64,000 nucleotides of DNA from Phaeosaccion multiseriatum. Taxonomy: Eukaryota > Protista > Ochrophyta, other classes. The position numbers and the translations under genes are program-made. The notes under the pieces were generated by a model. That model was given only the letters and a program-made list of their open reading frames with translations, was not told the origin of the DNA and ran no database searches. The DNA lies in NCBI GenBank assembly GCA_965112735.1, contig OZ218956.1, forward strand, positions 1 to 64,000, given 5' to 3'. Of this stretch, positions 25,048-38,200 are shown in pieces (position 1 is the stretch's first letter; each line of letters starts with the position of its first letter).

Positions 25048-27394
25048 TTAGTCGATACACTTCTCCACGACGCTCATGATGAACTTCTTGTGCACCTTCA
25101 TGTTCTGGGGGGCGGTCCAGCAGGCAGGGCACAGGGAGGGTTCAGGCAGGGCACGAGGCTCGTTACAGGCGTTACATTTGTTGGAGGTCAGTGGTCAAGG
25201 TGGTTGGAGGGCGCTCTCGCAGGCCGTCCAGTGCCATCCAGTCCAGTCGAGGGAGATGGAACGGAGGGGCGAGGAGCGCCCTGCCCACTGCCCGCCCTCC
25301 CCTCTGCTCTTGTTGGTCACAGCCGCTTGACTTGCCGCACCTCCACCAAGGCCGGCCCCCATCTATCGTACTGCAGTCCAGTCTCAGGTTCCGTATCAGT
25401 TTCACTTCCAGTTCGAGTCCGTTCGAGCCCGCCAAGGGAGGGACTTGATCCACTTACCACTTTGTAATGCTCCTCGAGCAGAGTGCGCACGGTGCCCAGG
25501 GTGAGGCTCTCCACGTCATCGCATCCCTCCACGATGTCCCTGACGCGCTTCTCGAGCTCCTGCTTCTGCGCAGCGCTCCACACCTTGTCAGCGTTGGGCA
25601 GGGCACTCGACACAGAGGCTGTCTTGGCCTTCTTGGCGGGGGACGCTTCCTTCGCTGCCTCCGCTTCCTCTCCCCCCTCCCCTGCCTTCTCGTCCTCCCC
25701 CTCGTCCTCGTCCTCTATCTCCACGGCGTCGTTGTTGTCGTCTTCGCTCTCCTCGCTCTCCTCCTCCTCTTCCTTCTTCTTCTTCTTACTCTTCTTCGCT
25801 GCCTTCTTGGGAGCCTTGGCCTTGGCTGCTGGCGCCTTCCTTTTCTTCTTTGGCTTCTCTTCCTCCTCCTCACTCTCCTCCTCACTCTCCTCCTCACTCT
25901 CCTCCCCGCTGCTCTCCTCCTCGCTCTTCTTCGCCTTCTTCTTCGCTGGGCTTTTCTTGGCCTTGGGACTCTTCTTCTTCACTGCGGTCTTCCTCCTTTT
26001 GGCGGCTCTGTGTCACCGCAGGGGTACGTCCAAAGGGAGAGAGACAAGACGGGGTTACGGTTAGGGTGAGGGTTAAGGTGGGGAGGGTGAGCCAGTCTGA
26101 CAGCAGCATAGACTTGAAACGGAGCCGCGGCAGCAGACAGGCAGATAGATGGATGATGATGCCCACGGTGGATTAAAAAAGACAGAAAAGCTGAGGGAAC
26201 ATGTCCAAACCCAAACTTCATCCCCCACCCCCCCCCCTGCTGCCCCCGCTGGCCCGAGAGCTCAACGTACGGTGTCTTCTTCTTCTTGGAGGAGGGGGTG
26301 GGGGGCGCCTTGCCCGATGCCTTGGGCTTGGCCAGCCACGTCACGAGACGCTCCACGAGCATGTGCTTGTCGGGGGGGCTCTCGTGGCCCTCTCCCTTGC
26401 CGCGCCCGATCTGCAGAGCGGGGAGGGTGGAAACGGGCCACACCACTGAGCGAAAGCAGGAAGTTATACACCCACACACACGCACACGTGCGCACTTACC
26501 TCGAGCGTGTCCATAATACTCTTGAGCAGCTGCAAGTTCCACTTGCCGGCCTTCTGCTCCAGCTTGTCCACCTTGGCCTCGTCCATGTCCGTCATGCCGC
26601 TGAACTGGAGGATGTGCTTCTTCCGAGAGATGGCCTGAGGAGTAGGGGACATCCTAAGGTCAAGCAGGATGGGAGCAACAACCAAAGGTCAACCTCGCTC
26701 CTCACCTTGCCCTTCTGGTTGAACAACAGGGAGTACAGACTCTGCATCTCGGGGCTGTCCCCCTTCATCTTCCCAAGGCGATGCACCACGTTGGGCATGT
26801 CCCTGATAGCGGTGCCAACTCCAACCGGCACTTCGAAGGCTGCCTTCTCTTTCGCCGGTGGAGGCACAAAGCTGTCCGTATGCTTGCGCTCCCGTCCGGA
26901 CACGCGCTTGCCTGGGGTGGGAGTGGAAGCCGCAGCAGCCGCCCCACCCTTCGCCTTCTCCTTCTTCCCTTGCGCTCCCTAGAAAGAGAGAGAGAAGAGG
27001 GAGGGTGAGAGACGGACAGAGCCAGGGGGAAGAGGAGCGGGAAAAGCGAGGAAAGAGGGAGGGGAGAAGGGAAGGAGAGAGAGAGGGAGGGGGGAGAGGG
27101 AGGAGAGAGAGGATCGTGGGGAGAGAGGGGGAAAGGGATGGAGGGAAATGAATAGAGTGAGCGGGCAGAGCGAGGAGGGCGGGAGATGAAAACGGGAAGA
27201 AGGTGTCTCATCGGTAAAAGCAAGAAAAAATTTCACACCTCCTCCGTCGTTGGCGCTTCGCTGCTGGGAGCTTCCTCCGCGCCTACAGTCGAGCTTGGAG
27301 GCACGTTTGCTACAGGCGCAACCGCGACGGCAGCAGCGGCAGCAGCAGCGGCCGGAGGAGCGACCTCATCGACAGGCTCGGCGGCAGGATCCAT
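25048..27394 (-). CDS. DEK: DEK-family chromatin protein (SAP-like core, K/E-rich linker, DEK_C domain)
   Basis: Motifs GVGTAIRDMPNV, SLYSLLF, RKKHILQFSG, LLKSIMDTLEI and LVERLVTWLAKP; C-terminal LEKRVRDIVEG..LTLGTVRTLLEEHYKVNMKVHKKFIMSVVE. Six exons with GT-AG introns. Confidence 0.85.
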
Positions 27395-27563
27395 TTTGAA
27401 ATAAAAAGAGAAACCAGATATGAGTTTCAGTTTCCCCTCCCTCCTTCCCATTATCATGTGGTGTGTTTTGATGCTACTTTAAAAGGGGCAGGGCGGCGAC
27501 GAGAACGATTGCAAAGGGAAGGCGCGAAGGGAGGGTGGGGTTGGTTGTGAAGAGGCGGCAGAA

Positions 27564-28168
27564 ATGAAGCACGGGGTGAGTTCTGACAGGCAAAGTCCTT
27601 TGTTCCCCCTGGTATCTTCCCGTCGTCTAGATGCTTTCCTTTCCGTCTCCTTCCTCTCTCGCCTCTCTCTCTCTCCCCTCTCTCGCCTTCTCTTGTGTCC
27701 CTCTCTTGCATTTCTACCTGTTTTTGCTCTCTTCCTCTCCCTTTTCTTTCCGTCTAATTTTCTTTCTTGTTTTTTTCTCGTCCCTCTCTCTCCCCTCTCC
27801 TTCCCTCTCTCGTCTCTCTCCCCTCCCTTATCTATCTCTCTCGCATCTCTCTCTCCCCTCTGTCTGTCTCTCTTGTCTCCCTCTCTTACCTGTTTTTGCT
27901 TGCTTCTAATCTCTTGTCGTTCCCTCTATCTCTCTCTCACACACACACTCTGTTATCTCTCCTCTCTCTCTCTCCGCGCTCTCTCTCTCTCTGAAGCAGA
28001 TATCCATCGTATGCCTCCTGAGCCTGCTGCCCCAGGCGCATTCCTTCGCCCCCCACGCTGTTCCTGCTTCTGCTGGCCTCAGACCTGGCGGGAAGGGCAA
28101 CTCGTGCTCCTGCAGCAGCAGTAGATATAGTTGTAGTAGTAGTAGGCGCAGCAGTAGACGCATTAGTC

Positions 28169-28240
<72 letters not shown>

Positions 28241-30436
28241 CGCTTGGTGCGGTGGGGAGAGGAGCGGCGCGGATCGCTAGGAGGGAAGGGGGGGCATGGG
28301 CAGACAGGCTCCTGTTGCGCTCGCGCGCTGTGGCCGTGGAAGGAGGGCTCCTTTCCTCCTTGGAGGAGGCGGAGCAGCAGCAGAAGGCTCCGACCGGCGA
28401 CGCGGATGCCAGTCCGGCTGCCGTGTTCCCCCTACCCTCACTGACCCCGAGGGCGCCCCCCGAGTTAGCGCAGCCCCCGCTCCTGTCCCTTGCCTTCCTG
28501 CGCACCGTGTACGCCTTTTCTCGGCCGCACACGCTCATCGGCAGCGCCCTCGCAGTTCCCGCCCTCTCTCTCTTCGCTGTGCCGGAGGGCACCCCCTGGG
28601 CCGCTCTGCTGGGCTGGGACTTCGCAGGCCCGATGCTCTTCGCGCTGCTGCCCTCCCTTCTCATCAACATTTACATCACCGGACTCAATCAGGTGTGAGT
28701 GTGTGTCTGGTGTGTCTCTCTGTGTGTGTGTTTGTGTCCGTGCATGTGTGTATGTGTGTGTGCGTGTGTGTGCGTGTATGTGAGGGAGAGCGAGTGTGTG
28801 CGTGTGTGTGCGTGTGTGTGAGGGAGAGCGAGTGTGTGCGTGCGTGCGCTTGAGCCTGACAAGGGAAAAGCTGTTCTCGAGCCCGCCCTTTTGCGCCTTC
28901 CTGCCCTCCCTGACCCTTCCCGGTCTGTCTGCTGGCCCCTTGATACCCCTGCACACCTGATCCTGTCCATATGCCCATGGACCCTTCTGCACTTGTGCGG
29001 CTCTCTGCGGCTCTCAGATTAGCGACGTGTCCATCGACATGGTGAACAAGCCGGACCTGCCCATCGCCTCGGGCCGTCTCTCCCTGCCGCGCGCCAAGGC
29101 CACTGTGCTTCTCTGTCTGGTGGCGGGGCTTGGGCTGGGGTGGCTGCCCACAGCCCTGTCCTCCCCGCCCCTGCGCTTCACGCTCCTTGCCTCCGCCCTG
29201 ATCGGCACTCTCTACTCGCAGAAGCCCTTCCGCCTAAAGGTGAGGAGGAGTCATGTTCAAGCGTCCTGTCTGCTTCGTCCCTCACGCCATGTCATCTCAT
29301 GCTCTCATGTCCTTCCTGTCTATGCGCTCTGCTCTCTCTCTCTCTCTCTCTCTCTCCTGCGCTTGCTTGCCTGCCTGCAGCGGTTCCCTCTGTTTGCGGC
29401 CATTTGCATCTTCTCCGTGCGAGGGGCCGTCATCAACACGGGCTTCTTCGCGCACATCAGACACACATGGTGAGTGAGGCCCGAGGGGTAAGGGGGGAGG
29501 GGGGCTGCTCCGCTGCTGCGAGCACAAGGCACTCGGCTCCCATCAAGTCGCCTTGTCATTGCCTCTTGAGATGGGAGGTGCTGGTCTTGTCTAGTGTTGG
29601 TCTCACCCCGCCCCTCGCCACCTCCTGTCTGTCCCTTCTGCTGCCTTTACCCAGCTTCGCCGCCGCCTCCTCCGGGCCTGCCCTGGGGCTGTGGCAGGGG
29701 CTGCTGCAGCAGCTGAGGGACCCCAAATGCGCTGTGGCCAACGCGTACTTCACGCTGTTCGGAATAGTCATTGCCTTCATGAAGGGTGAGTGAGGCGTGA
29801 AGGGCGGGGGGGCAGAGTCGGCCTTCCTTGAGTGCTGTGCTGCTCTGTTCTCTTGTGCTGCTCTGTTCTCTTGTGTTGCTCGGTGGGGGGGGACGCTGAC
29901 GTGGTGGCTGCTCTCCTCCCTCCCTCTCAGATGTGCCTGACGTGGAGGGTGACAAGATGTTCGGCATTCGATCCTTTTCAGTCAAGGTGAGAGGCGCCGC
30001 AGCAAGGCCAGTTGGTGATACAGCCGCAGCTTGAACATGCCGCCTACGTCCAGTCCCCTCTGAGCGGAGCTTAGGCTAACACTTCAGCCTCTCTCTCCCC
30101 CCGTCCCTGTCCTGCACTGCCATCAACTGCCATCCCGGCCCACAGGTGGGGCAACAGGCCATGTTCCGCTTCGCGCGTCGGCTTCTCACGAGTGTTCTGT
30201 GGGCGGTGGCGGCTTGCCTCTGCCTGGGGGCCAATTCCGCCCGCCTGGCTGGCCTTCCGGCTATTGTGAGCGTGCGGCGGGCGATGCTGGCGGGGGGGGC
30301 GCTGAGGGTGGGGCACATGCTGCGCCAGGAGGCGAGGGGGGTGGACGCGCAGGACCCGAAGGCAGTCTACAGGTACTACATGCTGCTGTGGAAGCTCTTC
30401 TACGTCAGCTACATCTGCCTGCCCTTCGCCAGGTGA
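27564..30436 (+). CDS. HPT: Homogentisate phytyltransferase (UbiA family, tocopherol pathway) with bipartite plastid-targeting presequence
   Basis: Motifs [76 protein letters not shown] and WKLFYVSY. The micro-exon MKHG (27564-27575) splices to ISIVCLLSLLPQAHS|FAP followed by a Ser/Arg-rich transit peptide. Confidence 0.88.
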
Positions 30437-31170
30437 CGAGCCCCGGCTGCTGACCACGGGCTGACGGGCTGACAGGCCGACCTGGCTGGCTGCTGGGCCG
30501 ACGGCTTGCTTTGGTTCTTGGAAAGCTCGAGAGGGGACAACGGCAGTTACGGAACCGACTGCTGTTGTAGAAACAAAGAGTGAAAGCGACGCATTCCTTA
30601 GCGCTTTGACGCTTTGGGTTAGCGCTCTTCTTCTTCTTCCAGAGGGGGCTCTGCGCCACCCTTCACCTTGTAGTGTGTGCGTGTGTGCGTGTGCAGACGG
30701 CCTGTGGGACCTTGCTGCATCACCTCGCAGCCTGACTGACTCGGCTGCTCGAGCTTCTCGTCCGACCTCACCAATGGGGCATCGGGGCGCAAGCGCTGCT
30801 CAGTACGAGCGCTGCAGGACTCCACTCCGACTCTGATTGCCCCCTCCAATCACGATGGGAGAGAGACGTAACCCGTTGCAAAGAGACTTAACGCCCCCTC
30901 CCTCCCCGTGGCAGGGTCAGAGGCATATGGGAAGACCATGACCTTGAGGGTCGTGTGGTGCAATGGACATAGGGCTCTTCTTCCTGTAAGAACATCAAAG
31001 AGGGAGAGAAGAGGACCGCCTTGACCGGCGCCTCTTCCTTCCGCGCCGGTGTGGCGGATGGAGAAGCTCTCCGCAACACACGTACTCTAAATGGTTATTT
31101 ATTTAATTTATGTCATGGATGTCTGTCTGCCCTACTCGCGCGCAGTCTCGATGCGCCCCCCTTCCACCCC

Positions 31171-34100
31171 TCACACGAAGCGCTCCTCACACTCCGTGCA
31201 GGTCCACGCCCTGCCGTCTGCCCTTCCACTCCCTCCACACGCCTCATGCCAGTGCCCTCCGCAGAGCGAGCACTGAGCAAAGGCGCCCCCTGCCGAGTCC
31301 CCTCCGTGCTCCTCCTCCCCTGCCCCTCCCGGCGGACCTCCCTCCCTCCTGCCGCACACGTCACACTTATCGTCCCTGAGGCGCGCCGCCCCCTCCGCCC
31401 GGATCTCCTCCAGCCCGGGCCTACCCTCCGCTGTGACCCAGGCCCTGTGCAGGCGGGCAAAGTGGCAACCCACCATGCGGGCGCTTTGGCTGATGAGGAG
31501 CTTCCTCCCGTTGTATGCCAGGCAGGCCAGCACCATCTGCCGCACGTCCGAGAAGAGCAGCTCTGTGCCCCTACCCCCCTCCGCCTGACTTAGGGTCAAA
31601 GGGTCGTCGTCGTACATACCCTCCCGAAGCCTGCGGCTCAGCGTGCCGAGGTCCATCGGCCTGTGCCCCGGGATGGAGCGAAGGTAATCCTCGTACGCCG
31701 CCTCGTCAAGCACCTCCTTCACCGGCGTGAGGAAGGGCTGCGCGCACGCCTTTGGCAGCAGTTCGTCGAGCACCCTCCGAGTGCGAATGCGCCGCTCCCT
31801 CGTCTCTGCGGGCAGCGCCCCAAGGTCAGAGGCACTTTCGGCGGCGAAGAGGCGAGGGTCCGCGGCAGGCAGCTGCACCGACACGGAGCCTCTCTCGCGC
31901 CGCCCGGATCGCCCCCCCCCGTCCTCGCGCTCGTTCCCCTCCTCGTCCTCGTCCTCCTCGTCGTCGTCGTCGAGGCTTCCGTCCTCGTCCTCGTCGCTCT
32001 CCCCCTCCCACTCCTTGGCCTTGCGCCTCTTCTTGGCTGCGGGGCGCTTCTTCTTGCCCTTCTTGGCCGCTGCCCGCCCGCCCCTCTTCCTCTTTCTGCT
32101 GCCCCTCGCTGCTCTCCGCTCGTGCAGGGCTGCCTCTGCGTCCTCCTTCCAAGTCGCCTTCCTCCTTGTGTGGCACATCATACACTTGCTGTCACTCACG
32201 GCGTTGGCCACGGTGCATTCCTTGCACTCCCAGGTCATGGGCTCGCCCTCCTCCTGATGCACGAGGCGGCAATGTGAGAGAGGGGTGAGGGGTTAAGGGG
32301 GGAGGGTGAGAGGCCGACCAAAAGGCTAAGGCTAAGGCTAAGACAGTATGACTCGAAGGAACTAACCCGTGTTGACATACGCCAAAAAAACAAAGCTAGA
32401 GCAGAATGTTTCTATGCGGCCCTTGGGTGTCCTTCTCACCTCTTCGGAATCGGACTCCTCCTCGTCGCCCTCCGAGAAGGATTGCTCGTCCTCTTCTTCC
32501 TCCTCCTCGTCCTCCTCGTCCTCCTCGTCCTCCTCCTCCTCATCGTCCTCGTCGTCACTCTCTCCCCTCCTCCTACCCCTCCTTCTATTACCCCCCCTCC
32601 CCCTCGCCCCGGCCTTGTCGGCCGCCCTTCTGCTAGTGCGTGTCTGCCTGCCCTTGGGCTTGCTCGGCGCCAGTCCCGCATTCACCGCCCTCCTCGACGT
32701 CCTCGAACTCCGCCCCCCGGCTGCTGCGGCCGTACCAATGCCAACGCTTCCACTGCCGCCGCCCCCGCTGCGCAGCCTGTTCCGGGTGGTGACTCCCCGG
32801 TGGAAGCTTCCGCTGTGCTTGTCGTACTCGAGTGCGCTGTCGAGGCGGAAGAGGTGCAGCGCCACTGCGCCGGGTGTGGCGAGGCGCAGGAGATAGCCCA
32901 GGCTGGTGAGGCGAGCCTGCACGGGCTTGTACCAGGGCTTGAGCCACTTGGGGTCGATGCACGACTCGAGCAGGAGGGAAGCCTAAGGAGACAGGGAAAG
33001 GGGAAGGCGAAGGGAAAGGCGGGCGGGGGGCGGCCATCAGAGAAGAGAGACGCGCTGAGCGTTCCTTCGTTGGGTGGGGAGGGCCGAGGGAAGCACAGCA
33101 CAGCGCGCAAGGCCAAAGCCGTGCGGGCCTCACCTCGTCGTAACATCTATGAGGGAGGCACAGATAGAGACAGGCAGGCAGGCAGACAGACAGACGGACG
33201 GACGGACTGACTGATCTCCACGACCCACCACCCTCTCCACCCTCCACCATGCCCTAACCATGCCCCCATGCGCCACTCACCTCCATGACCCCCCCCGGGG
33301 TAATGTTAGGGTCCTGCACGTGCCCCAGCCAGCTCTCCTGCAGCGCCTGCGTCCAGCCCGAGGAGGGCGGTGTGTACTCTCCACTGACGGGGTGCAAGTT
33401 GTCGCTGATCGAGAACCCTGCCTCCGTCTCCGGCTCCTTCAGGGCCCCCTTGGGCAGCGCCGCTACGATGGTCAGCAGCGCCGCTCTCAGGGCCGCCGCC
33501 TCGGTGCAGTGCGGGTCGAGCTCATCCTGCCCCACCCCTGACCCCATCCCACTGCCGCTGCCCATGCCCAGCGGGCCCATGCCAGGTGGCAGCACCTCCA
33601 CGCGGTTCCTTGCCCCTTGGAACTTGCTCGCCCTGAGCTTGTGCACGGCCCCCGCGGCCCCCGTCCTCGCGTACTTCGCGGACACATCAACATTGAACAC
33701 CAGGGGCTTAACGGCGCGGAGCAGGCGCGCCGCCTTGGCGTCTGCCTCTGCCTCCCTCCTCGCGGCGTTGTCTTCCCCCTCCTGCCCCTCGTCGTTGTCG
33801 CTGCCGTCACCCGTCGCCCCCCCTGCCCCCGCCACGCCGTTACCAGATGCAGAGGCCGATGCAGCACACCCGCTGGAGCTCCCCCCCGTTGCAGCAGTTG
33901 GTGATCCGGCCGGAGCAGCGGCAGTGGAAACAGGGGGAGGGGGCGATGCAGCCACGGCGACGCTGAGGCTGAAGCGGATGGAGAAGGCCCCCGTGAGCTT
34001 GAACTTGGCTGCAGTGAAGTAGTAGATGCCCTCCGAGCCGTAGGGACGCTCCAAGTGCTCCGCCACCACGCGCTTGTGCTCTCTGCACAGCACACAATGC

Positions 34101-35174
34101 ATAGGGGTTTGGGGGGGAAGGAGGAAGCGTAAGCTTAAAACCGTTGGTGAACATGCCCTGCCTTAGGGTGAGGGTGGGGGTCAGTGCTGAAAGCTTAGGG
34201 CTGAGCGTGCAGAAAATGCCCCACAACTTGCATGTACTTGCATGTCCTTGCATGTCCTTGCATGTCCTTGCATGTACTTGCATGTCCTTGCATGTCCTTG
34301 CATGTCCTTGCATGTCCTTGCATGTCCTTGCATGTCCTTGCATGTCCTTGCATGTCCTTGTATGTCCTTGCATGTCCTTGTATGTACTTGCATGTCCTTG
34401 CATGTCCTTGCATGTCCTTGCATGTACTTGCATGTCCTTGCATGTCCTTGCATGTCCCTGCATGTCCTTGCATGTCCTTGCATGTCCTTGCATGTCCTTG
34501 CATGTCCTTGCATGTACTTGCATGTACTTGCATGTGCTTACCTGTAGATGTCGTACGTGACGCGCACCCCGAGCTTCTTGGGCACATGCTGCACCTCCCC
34601 TGTGGCCGTGTCCACAACAGCCAGGGCGTAGTACACCTGCCGCAGGAACTGCCGCACAGTGAGCAAAGAGGGGAGGGGAGAGGACGGGTGCGGGGGGAGG
34701 AGGGGAGGAGGGGAGGAGGGGAGGAGGGGCTCTCGTGAGGAGTGGCGTGAGGGGCGTCGGGGGGCGTGTAGTACACATCACCGGTGGATGGAATGCCTCA
34801 CATACACCGGGCCCTGATTGACTGACTGACTGACTGACTGACTGACTGACACCAGGTACTGACTAACCTGCACGGCTCCATCGTCGCTGACGTCATTGTC
34901 CCCTTCGTCGTCCTCGAACTCCACCACGGCATCTTTGTCCGGCACGGTGCCCTGCAGGCAGGCAGGCAAGGGGATGGGGGAGGGGGCGGGGTCAGCATCA
35001 ATCAAGGGCATCAATCAGGGGGGGGGGGGTCAGCATCAATCAGGGTATCACCACAAGCGGACGGACTCGCAGACCACACAACGCAGCACAGGGTGGCACA
35101 CACACACCCGCATGCACACACACACACGAACACACACCATACACAAACACACACACACCATACACACGCACCCG

Positions 35175-35273
<99 letters not shown>

Positions 35274-38200
35274 ACACACACCATACACAAACACACACAC
35301 CTGCGGCACCTCCATAAGGCGCAGCTCGAGGTCCCCGAGGGGAGCAAAGGGCACTCCGTCACCGCTGCGAGTGGCCCTCCGGCGACTGGCAGAGGCCTCC
35401 CACAGGGCCAAAGACCCTGATCCTCGCTCTGATCCTCGCTCACCCTCCGCCCCCTGCTCCTGCTCGGGGCTGTCTCCGCCCCCCTCCCCCTCCCCCTCCC
35501 CGTCCATGCTCGCGTCGCTGTCGCTGTTGGCGGAGTCGTTCGAGTTGTCGGACGCATCTCCGTCTCCGTCTGCTTCGACCCCCTCCGCCGCCGCTGAAGC
35601 CGTTTCCTCCTTCTGCGCTGCTGCTTCGTTCTTCGGCGCCGTGCTTGAGCCGCCCTCCCCTTCCTCCGCAGTCCCTCCGCTCACCCCTCCTGCCGACTCC
35701 CCTTCGGCCAAGGGGTTTGCCTCGGGCTTGTCAATGTCTTTGTCCTCCTTGTAGATGTCGGGGAACACCTTCAGCAGTCGAGCTCGCAGTGCTCTCTCCC
35801 TCCTCCCCGCGGGGTTGAGCCAGTCAATGAGCCGCCTCACGTCCGTCTTGCCGGGCATCACGACCCACTCCCTCTTACCCACCTGCCGCAGCGCCCTGAT
35901 GACCCGCGCATTCAGATCCTCCTGCCCGTCCTCCTGCCCGCCCTCCTGCCCGCCCTCCTCCTCGCTCTCCGCCTCGGCCTCCGGCAGCGGCGGGCAGGAG
36001 AAGACGCGGTATCCGTCCTCCGGGAAGCAAAAGTAGAGGTTCTGATGGCGGTCCGCCCCCAGCGGCAAGGTGCGGTAGCCCCCAAGCCTGACCGCCTCCT
36101 CCACCACCCTTTCCCTCGCCTGCCTGATGTCGTGAGTCTGCGCCTGCTCGGCCCGTGCATACAACATGTTCGCAGCGCACACGTCGTGGACGATGGGGCC
36201 CGGCAGAGATCGCGCGTCCTCTCTCTCGGCCTTGTGGTCGCTGTTGAGGAGAGGGAAGTAAGGCATGGGTAGGGCAGGGGCCCCAACGCGCCTCCCCGCG
36301 TCCCTTACGTGCAGCTGCACCTTGGCGCCGTCGTACTCGGCCCGCATGCTCTGGTGCATCTGGAGGGGGGCAGCATGAGGGTATGTGGTCAATGGCGGGA
36401 CACATCGACAAGCTCGGCACGGGAGACGAAACTGAAGCTGCTGCCAAGAAGAGAGAGAGAGATGAGGAAGACAGCGAGAGAGAGACGAGAGAGATGGGGG
36501 GGAGAGAGACACACAGACAGAGAGAGAGAGAGTCCAAAAGACGAGGCCTCCGACGGCCTCCCCGCGACGCTTCCCTCTCACGGCTCACCTCGATGTGCTT
36601 GCGCGCCTCCTCCCTGGACTGTCCTCTCACGAGGGGGCTGCAGATGGAGAGGTCCGTCATACCGCAGTACTCGCACACGGGTAGCGCAGCAGGGGCAGCA
36701 GCAGGGGCAGCAGCAGGGGCAGCAGCAGGGGCAGCCGGTGTTGACGCCTTGGGGCTCTCGGCAGGGGCGGCCTTGTCAGTGACTGCAGTCACAGCGGCAG
36801 TTGTATGCGCAGCTGTACTGTCGGTGATGGCGTCGTCCCAATTGAGCGACGCTGCCGACACAGAGCAGCTCAAGGCCTCTTCCAGCCCTGCCCAGAGGGA
36901 ACACTTGCGCTTCTTGCACACTTGCGTCGATGAGGAGGCCTTCTTGCCCCCCGCCCCCCCCTTTGCGCCTGCCCCTCCCTTGGCCACCTCCTTACACGCC
37001 GCGCACTTGCCGCAGCCCTTGGAACGGCACCCCTTGCAGGTTCCGCAGCGTGCCCTCTTGCCAGCCCCCGCCTTGGAGCCGGCAGGAGCTTTGCCGCCAG
37101 AAGAAGCAGAAGCGCCCGCAGCCGCAGCGGCCCCGTCACCGTCACCATCATCGGCTCCAATAGCAGCTGCACCCGCGGCAGCTTTGGACCCTTCGGCAGA
37201 GGCAGAGGTAGCAGCAGCGGCGGCAGTGGCCTTCCCTTTGCTCCCTGCCCCGCCGCCCCCGGCCTTCGCTACCCCCTCCTTTCCCTCCTTCTCCGCCTCC
37301 TTCATTGCCTTCCGCAGCGCCTTGGCCTTCTCCCTGGCCACAAACATGACAACGGCCTCCTTGAGCTTGGCCTCCACCTTGCGCCTCCTTTCCCTCTCTG
37401 AAGGCTCCTCCTCGAATCGCTCCACCTTACCGCCGCCCCCGCCCCCCGTGGCCTTGCTCCTGCTGGCCCCTTTGCCCCCCCCCGTCCCCGCCCCTCCCGC
37501 CCCGCCCTTGCTCCTCCTGCTGCACCCCTTGCAGAAAAAGGGCACGTCGTCCGGTGGTACCTCCTTGAGCCTTGAGCAGGACAGATGCACCTCCCCGTCG
37601 CAGCCGTCGCACACAAGCACTCGGCTGTCGTCGCTGTCGAAGGTGCTCCCCCAGCAGGCGATGCACACCCCCGGGGTCCTGCCCAGGTCCTGACCGTCAT
37701 CATCGTCAAGGTCCGCCGCCACGCCCCCCCCGTCCTTATCAGCGTCGCCCCCCTCCCCCTCCCTGCTGCGCTTCAGCTGCTGCCAGTACTCCACAGCGGC
37801 ATCTCCTCCGACGCTCCTCAGCATGCCTGAAGGAGCGAGGGAGGGAGAAAGGGAGGGAGAGACAAGAGAGGCGAGTCAGAACAGTACAGCACACTTTCTC
37901 CACATGAGGAGGGGCTGCCGCAGCTGCTCTGGAGTGGCACACACACACACACACGCAAGAACAACACCGTGCCCTGTTCACTTACCCTGGAAGCTGCTGT
38001 TGCTGAGCTTGGCGCCGGAGAGGGCCTTCTTGCGGAGATTGTCGCAGCGCTGCTTGGCCTCCACGAGATAAGTGTGCAGAGCGGGGGTGGCCAGCGCCAG
38101 CTGAGAGAGGGCCAGCAGCACCAACAAGCGCTCCGCCGCGGTGAGTCCGAAAGGCTTGGAGGGCAGGGCGCCACCGTCCCTCCTCGATAAGATGCACAGG

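Noticed and set aside
25467-26069. Hydrophobic or poly-Ser plus-strand ORFs (also 31663-33210 and 36383-37693)
   Set aside because: These are antisense shadows of K/E/D-rich exons of DEK and the chromatin reader in GC-rich DNA.
27564-30436. Homogentisate solanesyltransferase (HST) assignment
   Set aside because: The motifs (FSRPHT.IG, NIYI.GLNQ, AA.CI..VR, GIRSFSV, WKLFY) fit HPT/VTE2 better than HST (FLRPHTIRGT, GYIVGINQ, WNLFY). A phylogeny would confirm.
33840-34781. ORFs with repeated [10 protein letters not shown] / [10 protein letters not shown] peptides
   Set aside because: They are translations of the intronic 10-bp minisatellite, and the flanking exons splice around it in frame.
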